Below, one piece after another: positions 1 to 7,868 of a DNA stretch of 60,341 nt. The first letter of the stretch is position 1; each line of letters opens with the position of its first letter. The notes below the pieces were generated by a model that saw nothing but the letters and a program-made list of their open reading frames with translations, made no database searches and was not told the DNA's origin. This DNA is from a virus: the IMG/VR virus record IMGVR_UViG_3300045391_002463. One strand, given 5' to 3'. The position numbers and the translations under genes were made by a program.

Positions 1-69
1 CTCTGCCTGCGCAATGCCGGATGGCCCGATGACCGACCTGTTTGGACAGGATCTTGCCCCTGTGGACCC
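1..69. repeat. Terminal direct repeat, left copy (circular-assembly overlap or terminal redundancy)
   Basis: Bases 1-69 are identical to 60273-60341, compared base by base. Confidence 0.95.
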
Positions 70-754
70 TTCAGCGCCGCGGGCCTCCGCAAAGGCTTCG
101 ACGACCCGCGCCACCTTTGGCCGGAATGGTTTCGGCTCATCTGCGTCAGCCGGCCTCACAAGCTCTTTGGTGAGCAATCTGCGGACGCGGACACGTGGCT
201 CGATCTTGTATCGGCTGACATGGAAGGCGTCGGTTACGCCTTCGGGGCGGCTGATATTCCGGCTGCGGGCTTCGGAGGCGCCCACCGGCGACAGCGCTTT
301 GGCTTCGTGGCCGACGCCAACCACGCCGAGCGGTGGGCAGAGCGTGCCCCCTGGCACGACGGCCGGTGGCCGCAGACCGGACGGGTCGAAGGCCACGGTC
401 ACCCTGGAGAACATCGCCTGCCTGGCAGGATGGGCGACGCCGACGACCAGCGAGGGCACTGGAGCCAAGCGAGCGGACAACAAGCAGGGGGGCGAGAGCC
501 TGCGGACGCAGGCTCTCCTAGCGGGATGGCCGACGCCCATGGCGGGAAGCCCTGGAACGGACACCTACAACGAAGCCGGGAACACGGACTCATCTCGCAA
601 GACGGTGGCGTTGTTGATTGGCTCCTCTGCCGAGACGCCCGCTGGCGGCCGGTTGAACCCGGCACATGCCCGCTGGTTGATGCGAGTCCCGCCCGTCTGG
701 GACGCCTGCGCCTGTACGGCGATGCTATCGACGTCGAGGCGTTCACGAACCTGA
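14..754 (+). CDS. Alternative-frame ORF superimposed on the methyltransferase body
   Basis: 246-aa track ORF in frame 2 with three spaced GW(P/A)TP repeats and an RWLMRVPPVWD tail. Hand-counted third-position GC is higher than in frame 1 over 331-630. Confidence 0.3.
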   Translation: MPDGPMTDLFGQDLAPVDPSAPRASAKASTTRATFGRNGFGSSASAGLTSSLVSNLRTRTRGSILYRLTWKASVTPSGRLIFRLRASEAPTGDSALASWPTPTTPSGGQSVPPGTTAGGRRPDGSKATVTLENIACLAGWATPTTSEGTGAKRADNKQGGESLRTQALLAGWPTPMAGSPGTDTYNEAGNTDSSRKTVALLIGSSAETPAGGRLNPAHARWLMRVPPVWDACACTAMLSTSRRSRT

Positions 755-806
755 TCGGCGCCTACCTGGACGCCGAAGCCGAGCTCTCCAGTCAGTCGAG
801 GGCCGC

Positions 807-1091
807 ATGATCAGCCCCCACCCCACCCTTCAGGCAGCCGAGCGCACCTGCCCCGTCACCGACGGACCGTGCCGCGCCCAGGCCTGTGCCGACGTCCCCT
901 GCGGCCGTCCTGTGCAGACGATGGCCTTCGCACAGCTCCGCCAGTCGCTGAGCGGCTACACCGGGCGCATCCCCTTCAACCTCCCCGTCCGCCTGATCGT
1001 CAACGGCATCGCCCACCCGGTCGAGGCCGTGTGGTTCGAGCCCGGCCAGGACGGGACCGGGGCCATCTGCATCGGGAGCGACCCGCGATGA
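807..1091 (+). CDS. hypothetical protein
   Basis: 94-aa track ORF. Its ATG overlaps the upstream stop (ATGA) and its stop overlaps the next start. Confidence 0.5.
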   Translation: MISPHPTLQAAERTCPVTDGPCRAQACADVPCGRPVQTMAFAQLRQSLSGYTGRIPFNLPVRLIVNGIAHPVEAVWFEPGQDGTGAICIGSDPR

Positions 1092-1816
1092 AAGCCAGGC
1101 CCATCCTTTTCTCCGGCGCCATGGTCCGCGCCCTGCTCGCCGGGACGAAGACGCAGACTCGGCGCACGATCAAGTGGCCTCGCGGCGCGGCCAGCTGTGT
1201 CTGTCAGCCTCCCGCCTGGAGGTGCGATAACGGCTGGTACTGCGCGACCTGTGGTGGCGGGGTCCGGCTGACGGCTCGCGACGTGGCCAACACCGATTGC
1301 CCCTACGGCGTCCCCGGCGACCTGCTGGTGGTGCGCGAGACGTGGGCCTGCCACTACGCCACGAACGACCAGCGTCCGGCCGACATCGACCCCAACCTCT
1401 GGAGCGTCCGCTACGCAGCCGACGGTCACATCCGACCGGCCGCCTCCGACGGAAGCCGCGCTCTCCCGCAGCAATTCACGAAGACGCGCGTGTCCATCCA
1501 CATGCCCCGCTGGGCCTCCCGCCTGACGCTCGAGATCACGGAGGTTCGGGTCGAGCGGCTGCGAGAGATTTCGATCAGCGACGCCAAGGTCGAAGGGATC
1601 GTGCAATTGCGCGGTGCCGACAAGGACGGAATGCAGCACTGGGGCGTGCCGGGTCTGAACATCGACGCGCCGATGCCCGACACCGCCTACCTCAGGCTTT
1701 GGGCGCACATCAACGGCGACGGTGCGGCAGCCGCCAACCCCTGGGTCTGGGCCGTCTCCTTCAAGGTCCACCAGCAGAACGTCGACGCGCTGCTGAGCGA
1801 GCGGGTGGCGGCATGA
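1088..1816 (+). CDS. ASCH/PUA-like phage protein (tentative)
   Basis: Start placed at ATG 1088 inside track ORF 869..1816 (MKARPILFSGAMVRALLAGTKTQTRR, LLVVRETW). The pattern resembles ASCH-type phage proteins. Confidence 0.55.
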   Translation: MKARPILFSGAMVRALLAGTKTQTRRTIKWPRGAASCVCQPPAWRCDNGWYCATCGGGVRLTARDVANTDCPYGVPGDLLVVRETWACHYATNDQRPADIDPNLWSVRYAADGHIRPAASDGSRALPQQFTKTRVSIHMPRWASRLTLEITEVRVERLREISISDAKVEGIVQLRGADKDGMQHWGVPGLNIDAPMPDTAYLRLWAHINGDGAAAANPWVWAVSFKVHQQNVDALLSERVAA

Positions 1817-2229
1817 CCACGCCCGTCGCCATCCCCATCGACCTGCCCTGGCGCGAGGTGCCCGAATGGATCGGCAAGACGCCCGACTCCAAGGTCCCGA
1901 CCGCGGTCAAACTGCGGGTGTTCGCCCGCTGGGAAGGCCGCTGCCACCTCACGGGAGCGAAGATCCAGGTCGGAGACGACTGGGACGTTGAGCACGTCAA
2001 GCCGGTGCGAAGCGCGCTGCCTGGCCAGCCGCACCTGAACCGAGAGACCAACCTTCGCCCGGCCCTGCGCGAGCCACACCGGGAGAAGACCGCCCAAGAG
2101 AACAGCGACGGCGCCAAGGCCGATCGCATCCGGGCAAAGCATCTCGGCATCTGGCCGAAGTCCAAGACGCCGCTGAAGTCGCGCGGCTTCACGAAAACCC
2201 GCCAATTCCGCCCCGAGGAACAAGCATGA
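1813..2229 (+). CDS. HNH endonuclease
   Basis: Start at ATG 1813 (ATGA overlap) inside track ORF 1297..2229. GRCHLTG ... DVEHVKP ... NL ... HREKT matches the HNH core spacing. Confidence 0.7.
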   Translation: MTTPVAIPIDLPWREVPEWIGKTPDSKVPTAVKLRVFARWEGRCHLTGAKIQVGDDWDVEHVKPVRSALPGQPHLNRETNLRPALREPHREKTAQENSDGAKADRIRAKHLGIWPKSKTPLKSRGFTKTRQFRPEEQA

Positions 2230-3068
2230 GCACCCTGGATCTGGAGGGTTTGAAGGCGCTGTTGGAGACGTCTAGCGATCCAGAGTCGCGGGAAGCGGCC
2301 AGAACAGCGCTTGTGCGCGCAGCCCCCGCATTACTCGATCTAGCCTTCAACAACATCACCGCAGATGGCGGCTCTAAGATCGAACTGTGGGATTACTATA
2401 GTGCTTTCACTAGAGCATCCGGGTTTGATGGGATTACCGACTGCGTAACTCGTGCCCAAGCCACCGAGGAAAGAGCGCAGAGGGCGGAGGGGGAGAACGC
2501 GAGTCTAATTTCCGAGAACCGTGAACTTCGGCGCAAGGCGTTGCCGGTCGGTGGAACTGACCGAGGGGAGCGCCGAGCCGCAGCGAGCAAATTGCTTTGC
2601 GATATCTGCGCGTGCGCAGCCGAAGCGGACCCCGAAAGCATGAACCTACCGCATGTTGTGGAGGGGTGTGTCGCGCCTCTGGAGGTGCTGATCGCCGAAC
2701 GTGACGCGTGCCTCTATCTGCTGCAACAAGCACACAAGGTTCACGGCCGGGATGTGATCGACGCGATTGTCGAGAAAGCCGCTGCTGAGCGCCGCGCCCA
2801 AACCGCCGAAGCCGAGCGCGATGCGCTGAAGGAGGAGCGAGCATTCCTACTACTGGCCGAACAGCGGGCCATCCTCGCCCAACAAGATCTCCAAGCCAGG
2901 ATCAGGGAATTAGAGGCGGGGCTGGAGCGTATTGCTGACGGCTCGCTTTTCAATCAACTGCGATACGCCGAGGAAGACGACACTGACTACTTTCTCCGGT
3001 GCTACCGAATAGTTGCCGGGTATGCCCGCTCCCTCCTCCAACAACCCGTAGAAGGGGATAAGCCGTGA
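2226..3068 (+). CDS. hypothetical coiled-coil protein
   Basis: 280-aa track ORF in a visibly lower-GC segment, rich in heptad-like E/R/A/L stretches. Its stop overlaps the GTG start of tnpB (GTGA). Confidence 0.6.
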   Translation: MSTLDLEGLKALLETSSDPESREAARTALVRAAPALLDLAFNNITADGGSKIELWDYYSAFTRASGFDGITDCVTRAQATEERAQRAEGENASLISENRELRRKALPVGGTDRGERRAAASKLLCDICACAAEADPESMNLPHVVEGCVAPLEVLIAERDACLYLLQQAHKVHGRDVIDAIVEKAAAERRAQTAEAERDALKEERAFLLLAEQRAILAQQDLQARIRELEAGLERIADGSLFNQLRYAEEDDTDYFLRCYRIVAGYARSLLQQPVEGDKP

Positions 3069-4135
3069 TCAAGGCCTACAAGTACCGCGTCAAGGATCGG
3101 CGCGTCGCAAAGCGGCTGACGGCCCATGCTTACGCCTGCAACCAGGTGTGGAACTGGTGCGTAGCGCAGCATGAGGACACCCTGGCGCGCCACCGAGCCG
3201 GGGGCCCTAAGCGCAAATGGCTGTCTGCGTTCGATCTCGCCAAGCAGTGCGCGGGAGTGGGGAAGGATCTCGGCATTCATCAGCAGACCGTGCAATCGGT
3301 TTGCGATCAGTTCGCGACGAGCCGGGCGCATCGCCCCCATTTGCGGTTCCGTTCCAGCTTCGGCAAAAAGCGCGCCAGAGGATGGGTGCCGTTCCAGCGC
3401 CAAAGCCGCCGGATCACCGACGATGCTGTCACTTATCTCGGACAGACGTACCGAGTGTTTGGAGCCAAGCGGCGCCAGATTCCTGAGGCGGCCGGTGGCG
3501 GGTCCTTTGTCGAGGACGGTCGAGGACGCTGGTGGCTTGTCCTTCGCGTAGAAGCGCCAGACCCGATAGCGGCTAACGATGGCGCGGTCGGCATTGACCT
3601 TGGCCTAAAGGATTTCGCCGCCCTCTCGACCGGAGAGAAGATCGCCGCGCCGCGCTATTTCCGACAGCTTGAGGTCAAACTGGCCGCCGCCCAACGCGCT
3701 AGAAACAGACGCCGAGCGGCGGCGATCAGCGCCAAGATCGCCAATACCAGGCGCGACTTCCACCACAAGCTTTCTACCCGCCTCTCCCGCGATTACGCGT
3801 TCATCGCCGTGGGAGGCGTCAGCGCTAAAGCCTTGGCTCGTACTCGGATGGCAAAGTCCGTCCACGATGCCGGGTGGTCCACGTTCCGCCAGATGCTCCG
3901 GTACAAGTCGCCGGGCTATCGGGAAGTGGACGAGGCCTTCACGACCCAAACCTGTTCTTCGTGCGGCTCACTACCGCCGGAGAGGCCGCGAGGTATCGCA
4001 GGGCTTGGAATAAGGGAGTGGAGCTGTTCAGCCTGTGGGGAAACCCACGACCGCGACGTGAACGCGGCCCTGAACATCCTCGCTCTCGGGCGCAGTGCCG
4101 CGCCTCGTGCTGACGAAAGCCGGAGGGTCGCATGA
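3065..4135 (+). CDS. tnpB: TnpB-like protein (IS200/IS605 accessory family) lacking the canonical RuvC-II glutamate
   Basis: 356 aa. It has MIKAYKYRV, RuvC-I GIDLGLKDF, a zinc finger (CSSCG...CSACG) and RuvC-III HDRDVNAALNIL. At the RuvC-II position it reads FIAVGGVSAKAL, with no acidic residue. Confidence 0.85.
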   Translation: MIKAYKYRVKDRRVAKRLTAHAYACNQVWNWCVAQHEDTLARHRAGGPKRKWLSAFDLAKQCAGVGKDLGIHQQTVQSVCDQFATSRAHRPHLRFRSSFGKKRARGWVPFQRQSRRITDDAVTYLGQTYRVFGAKRRQIPEAAGGGSFVEDGRGRWWLVLRVEAPDPIAANDGAVGIDLGLKDFAALSTGEKIAAPRYFRQLEVKLAAAQRARNRRRAAAISAKIANTRRDFHHKLSTRLSRDYAFIAVGGVSAKALARTRMAKSVHDAGWSTFRQMLRYKSPGYREVDEAFTTQTCSSCGSLPPERPRGIAGLGIREWSCSACGETHDRDVNAALNILALGRSAAPRADESRRVA

Positions 4136-4545
4136 CCGGCCGGATAGGTACGACCAACACCACCAAGGATGGTCTCCCCTCCCCGCCAGACTTGAGAGAA
4201 CAGGTGGCGCGGACATGCTGCTACTGGGCCGATCCGGCCAAGAACGGAACCTGCCACGACGCTTACTGCTCGCATGAATGTCGCGCGGTCGAGCCTGAAA
4301 AGCAGTTCTTCGACATGGCCGACGCCATCCTCGCCCTCTTCACCCCTCCCGCCGGTCGGCTAGAGGTCGGAACCGACGCGCTGGATGCTCGGCGCTATCG
4401 TCGCCTTCGCGTCCTCGGGTGCGCGGTCATGGACACGCCACAACTCGACGCCGGCACGGTCGTTCGGTTCACCGGTTTGGACGAGATCATGGACCAGGAC
4501 TTGGAGCGATATCCCTCTCGCGGCGAGGCCAACCCCCATGCCTAA
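4132..4545 (+). CDS. hypothetical Cys/His-rich protein (start uncertain)
   Basis: 137-aa track ORF whose ATG overlaps the tnpB stop (ATGA). It contains CCYWADPAKNGTCHDAYCSHEC. Hand-counted GC3 is about 73% throughout. It overlaps the region where a TnpB guide RNA would be expected. Confidence 0.45.
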   Translation: MTGRIGTTNTTKDGLPSPPDLREQVARTCCYWADPAKNGTCHDAYCSHECRAVEPEKQFFDMADAILALFTPPAGRLEVGTDALDARRYRRLRVLGCAVMDTPQLDAGTVVRFTGLDEIMDQDLERYPSRGEANPHA

Positions 4546-5611
4546 CCTATTAGAAGAGGTATTGGAGCTGCTGGCCCAAGCCTACGAACAGGGTTGCTGC
4601 GACACGCACACGTCGATCCAGGCCGAACCGGAACTAGCCCTAATGCCCGTCGAGTCAGCCGAATTCGGCGAGGCAGCGCGCGACTATGCGCACCGCGCCC
4701 TCACCACCTACATCCGACAGTCCATAGAGGATAGGAGTGCCGAGCCGTCCTCGGATGCTTCCGATAGCGCATCCCCAGCCGCTGACGTTGTGGAGAAAAC
4801 CGCGCGCATCATTGGCGATAACTTCAGTCCGAACGTCACCTTCGACAAATCATCGGCAGCCACTCAGGCGGCCTGTCGTCGCGCCGCATGGGCACTTACG
4901 GGACTGAAGGTGGAGCACACGTTGTCCATGTCCGATGAGGAGATCATGGCCGAGCCCGGCGCTCGTGAGGCTGCGGAAGAGGTCGGCCGTGTGTTGGATC
5001 GCGCGCTGGCCATCCACGACATCGGCAAGGTGCGCGACAGACTCCAGGCGGCCTATGACGATGCAAACGGGGCACCCGGCTACCGCAACTTCTGCGGCCA
5101 CCTTGCCGAGCAACTGAGCGGCGCCCTTGCGCGGCTAGCGGCTGGGCAACCCCTCAACGGGCTGGCACGGGACGGCTCGGGAACCCAAAAAGACCCCGTC
5201 GCCCGCCATGTAGAGACGGAGGAGAGCCTGGACGAGGCTCTTGCAGAAACTGGCTGCCGCGACTTCGCCGACCTTACGGACATGGCCAGAGTCGGCAAAT
5301 CGCTCTTGGAGAGCATCGACGCCCTGGTCAAGCATCCCGGCCCGTTTCATGGCTGGATGCCGAACGATGACCCGGCGGAAATCGTCTTCGACCTCGTGAA
5401 CCACTACGAGGACGCCGCCCGACCCCAAGGCCATACGGAGGGCTGGCGGCTTGTGCCGGTAGAGCCGAGCGAAACCCTGATTGAAGCCATGGCTACGGCT
5501 TACGAGACCAGCCTGTGCATCGACCCGATGGGCTCCATGGAAGACGCCTACCGCGCCATGCTCGCCGGCGCTCCTGCTCCTCCTTCATCTACCGAGGAGC
5601 CGCGCTCATGA
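4538..5611 (+). CDS. hypothetical acidic protein
   Basis: Start placed at ATG 4538 (MPNLLEEVLELLAQ) inside track ORF 4385..5611. Its stop overlaps the start of the second tnpB (ATGA). Confidence 0.6.
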   Translation: MPNLLEEVLELLAQAYEQGCCDTHTSIQAEPELALMPVESAEFGEAARDYAHRALTTYIRQSIEDRSAEPSSDASDSASPAADVVEKTARIIGDNFSPNVTFDKSSAATQAACRRAAWALTGLKVEHTLSMSDEEIMAEPGAREAAEEVGRVLDRALAIHDIGKVRDRLQAAYDDANGAPGYRNFCGHLAEQLSGALARLAAGQPLNGLARDGSGTQKDPVARHVETEESLDEALAETGCRDFADLTDMARVGKSLLESIDALVKHPGPFHGWMPNDDPAEIVFDLVNHYEDAARPQGHTEGWRLVPVEPSETLIEAMATAYETSLCIDPMGSMEDAYRAMLAGAPAPPSSTEEPRS

Positions 5612-6888
5612 GCCTGTCGGAGGAGAATGCGGCGTCCGTGATGCGCAGCCAGACCGTTCGCCTTTACCCCACAGCGGCTCAGGCCGAACGGTTGAGCCAG
5701 TGGGCCGGCACGGTGCGGTTCGTCTACAATTTGGCGCTTGAGCAACGTAAGACGTTCTGGCGGCCGGGCAGGCATTTCAACTACGCCACTCAAAGCCGGG
5801 AAATCACAGAGCTGCGCGCCACTGTCGAATGGATCGCGGACGTGCCCCGCAGTCCGCTTAGCTACGCGCTGAGCGATCTCGACCAGGCTTATGCTAATTG
5901 GTGGGCCGGCCGCGCAGGCGCGCCGTCCTATAGAACTCGTAGGGAAAACGACTCATTCAGGCTGCAGGGCCGCGATTGCAGCTTGCGTCGTACGTCTCGG
6001 CGGTCTGGCCAACTGCGCATTCCAAAGCTGGGAGACATTCGCTTCAGGTGGACTGGGGCGACGCCAGCGACATGGGTGAATTGCACGATCTATCGCCGTG
6101 GGGGCGCATGGTTCGCGGCGGGGCCGCGCACAGTTGAGGCCAGGGCGCCCGCGTGCTCGCCGCAGATGGTCGGGGTTGACCGCGGCATACGAGCCTTTGC
6201 CGCTCTATCCTCTGGCGAGCTGGTTGTAGGGCCGAACCCCGGCCGGCGAGCAGCCAAAACGCTAGCGCGCGCGCAACGGAATTTGTCCCGCAAGCAGAAG
6301 GGGTCGCGCAACCGCGACAAGCAACGACGGCGTGTGGCGAAGCTGCATATGCGGCTGGCCGACGCCCGGAAGGACTTTCTCCACCGGATCAGCACGGCCA
6401 TCGCCCAGAACCACGGCACGGTCGTTCTTGAGGACTTGAAGGTGAAGAACATGACCAGGCGCGCGGTCGGTAAGGGGCGCGCCGCCAAATCTGGCCTCAA
6501 CCGATCCATTCTCGACCAGGGATGGGGCACCTTCCGCCAAATGCTGGCCTACAAGCTAGCGGAGCGCGGCGCCCGTCTGATCCTAGTTGCCGCCAACGAC
6601 ACGAGCCGCACCTGTGCTGCCTGTGGCGTGGTGGACGGGGACAGCCGAAAGGCCGAGCGGTTCAAGTGCACCGTCTGCGGCCATGAGGCCGACGCGGACA
6701 CGAATGCCGCGATCAATATTCTACGCCGGGGACGCGCCTCGGTTCTGCCTGTGGAGGCTTCGGCATGCGAGCCGGCCCATGAAGCAGGAACCAGTCGGAC
6801 GGCATCTCGCCTGTTCGTCAGCTCGGAAACGAGTGGATGCGGAGCTTCTATAGGGAAGGTCGCTTTCCCTGGGGGTGTTTCCAGATGA
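5608..6888 (+). CDS. tnpB: TnpB RNA-guided nuclease (IS200/IS605 OrfB family), catalytic triad present
   Basis: Start at ATG 5608 inside track ORF 5515..6888. It has VRLYPT, RuvC-I GVDRGIRAF, RuvC-II VVLEDLKVKNM, a zinc finger (CAACG...CTVCG) and RuvC-III ADADTNAAINIL. No tnpA is nearby. Confidence 0.9.
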   Translation: MSLSEENAASVMRSQTVRLYPTAAQAERLSQWAGTVRFVYNLALEQRKTFWRPGRHFNYATQSREITELRATVEWIADVPRSPLSYALSDLDQAYANWWAGRAGAPSYRTRRENDSFRLQGRDCSLRRTSRRSGQLRIPKLGDIRFRWTGATPATWVNCTIYRRGGAWFAAGPRTVEARAPACSPQMVGVDRGIRAFAALSSGELVVGPNPGRRAAKTLARAQRNLSRKQKGSRNRDKQRRRVAKLHMRLADARKDFLHRISTAIAQNHGTVVLEDLKVKNMTRRAVGKGRAAKSGLNRSILDQGWGTFRQMLAYKLAERGARLILVAANDTSRTCAACGVVDGDSRKAERFKCTVCGHEADADTNAAINILRRGRASVLPVEASACEPAHEAGTSRTASRLFVSSETSGCGASIGKVAFPGGVSR

Positions 6889-7304
6889 GCGCCGGACTTC
6901 GCGTATTGGTCTGCGGCGGTCGCGACTACGACAACTGGACGGCGTTCGCAGCCGAGATGGACATGCACGCCAAGCGCATGAACATCGGCCTAGTCGTGTC
7001 AGGCGGAGCGCGCGGAGCCGACACGATGGCCAAAGATTGGGCCCTCTCGCGCGGCATCCCCGTCGCTATCTTTCCTGCCAACTGGACGAAGCACGGCAAA
7101 GCCGCCGGCCCGATCCGAAATCAGTCCATGATCGACTTCATGCGTCCGGATGTGGTGATCGCCTTCGCTGGCGGTCGCGGGACGGCTGACATGATCCAAC
7201 GGGCCATCAACGCCGACGTGACGGTGATCCAGTGCATGACTATCCGGTTGACGCCCACAGATACCAATGGTAGTGTTTCCTTCATTGGGGCAGTCGTCCC
7301 TTAG
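6885..7304 (+). CDS. DUF2493 / SLOG-family (YspA-like) protein with an IS-derived C-terminal extension
   Basis: Start at ATG 6885 (ATGA with the tnpB stop). VLVCGGRDY ... VVSGGARGADTMA ... AFAGGRGTADM is the DUF2493 pattern. The last 23 codons lie inside the IS that starts at 7235. Confidence 0.75.
   Translation: MSAGLRVLVCGGRDYDNWTAFAAEMDMHAKRMNIGLVVSGGARGADTMAKDWALSRGIPVAIFPANWTKHGKAAGPIRNQSMIDFMRPDVVIAFAGGRGTADMIQRAINADVTVIQCMTIRLTPTDTNGSVSFIGAVVP
7227..7234. repeat. Target-site duplication ATCCAGTG, left copy
   Basis: The identical 8-mer is found at 8884-8891, immediately outside the inverted repeats. Confidence 0.85.
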
Positions 7305-7319
7305 CTGATGGAGGTTTTG

Positions 7320-7454
7320 ATGAGCGCCCAGGTCATTCAGTTCAGGCAGCGCGAACCGAAGGAGATGGTTCTCCCGGTAGAAAAGCCGTGCCCTGGTCCC
7401 GGCTGGCGTCTTCAAGACGGCAACAACTGGTTCAATAAGTGGGTGAGGTCTTAG
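7320..7454 (+). CDS. small hypothetical protein (IS passenger)
   Basis: 44-aa ORF not in the track (under 60 aa). TGGAGG lies 5 nt upstream of ATG 7320, and its TAG is followed directly by the next ATG. Confidence 0.45.
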   Translation: MSAQVIQFRQREPKEMVLPVEKPCPGPGWRLQDGNNWFNKWVRS

Positions 7455-7658
7455 ATGCCGACCCTCAATCTCACCAAAGCCGAGGCCTTCGCCTTGCAAC
7501 AGATGGTCACTCTTGAAATCGGTTCGGGCGCGGTGGCCGATGGGATCGCAATGGGCGTCGTGCCCAAGTTCGACGCCGATAAGCTCAGGGCGAAGGTCAA
7601 CTACATCTGCCCGTTCAGGTGGGAAATTGAGCACCTGTTTTCCGAAGAGGGAGCCTGA
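7455..7658 (+). CDS. hypothetical protein (IS passenger)
   Basis: 67-aa track ORF, contiguous with its neighbours. Confidence 0.5.
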   Translation: MPTLNLTKAEAFALQQMVTLEIGSGAVADGIAMGVVPKFDADKLRAKVNYICPFRWEIEHLFSEEGA

Positions 7659-7661
7659 GCC

Positions 7662-7868
7662 ATGGGCCGCCCGACGATGCGCCAATTGCGAAGCTGGCAT
7701 CGCAGGCTGACGACGGCGCACGCGAAAGCGGTTGCCGTGAGCCGGGAGGCTCAAGCCATTCTTCCCGACGATGGCAGCGAATTGACGATCATCATGGACC
7801 CGATCGTCGAGTTGCACGCCGCCCTGTGCTGCATCGAAGGGTTCATTGAAGAGCGGGAGGGCCGGTAG
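7662..7868 (+). CDS. hypothetical protein (IS passenger)
   Basis: 68-aa track ORF. Its TAG is followed immediately by the transposase ATG. Confidence 0.5.
   Translation: MGRPTMRQLRSWHRRLTTAHAKAVAVSREAQAILPDDGSELTIIMDPIVELHAALCCIEGFIEEREGR

Larger units (their letters stand above)
1..810 (+). pseudogene. C5 cytosine DNA methyltransferase, continuation of 60096..60272 across the junction (motifs IV to X-like)
   Basis: Frame 1 is open from base 1 to TGA 808-810. It reads LRNAGWPDDRPVWTGSCPCGPFSAAG (motif IV Pro-Cys), LFGEQS (motif VI-like), HRRQRFGFVAD (motif VIII QxRxR) and RLRLYGDAI (motif X-like, GNA changed to GDA). The track lists only the part from Met 220. Confidence 0.6.

Noticed and set aside
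1-69. Treating the 69-bp repeat as the physical genome ends (a DTR-type phage)
   Set aside because: The repeat splits a gene and lies about 20 kb from the terminase genes and the AT-rich region in front of them, so an assembly overlap is the simpler reading. This cannot be settled from sequence alone.
4137-4153. CCGGATAGG just after the first tnpB, matching the core of the IS1595 inverted repeat (a possible solo IR)
   Set aside because: Only a 9-mer is exact (11 of 15 overall). A chance 9-mer match in about 120 kb of two-strand sequence is not unlikely.
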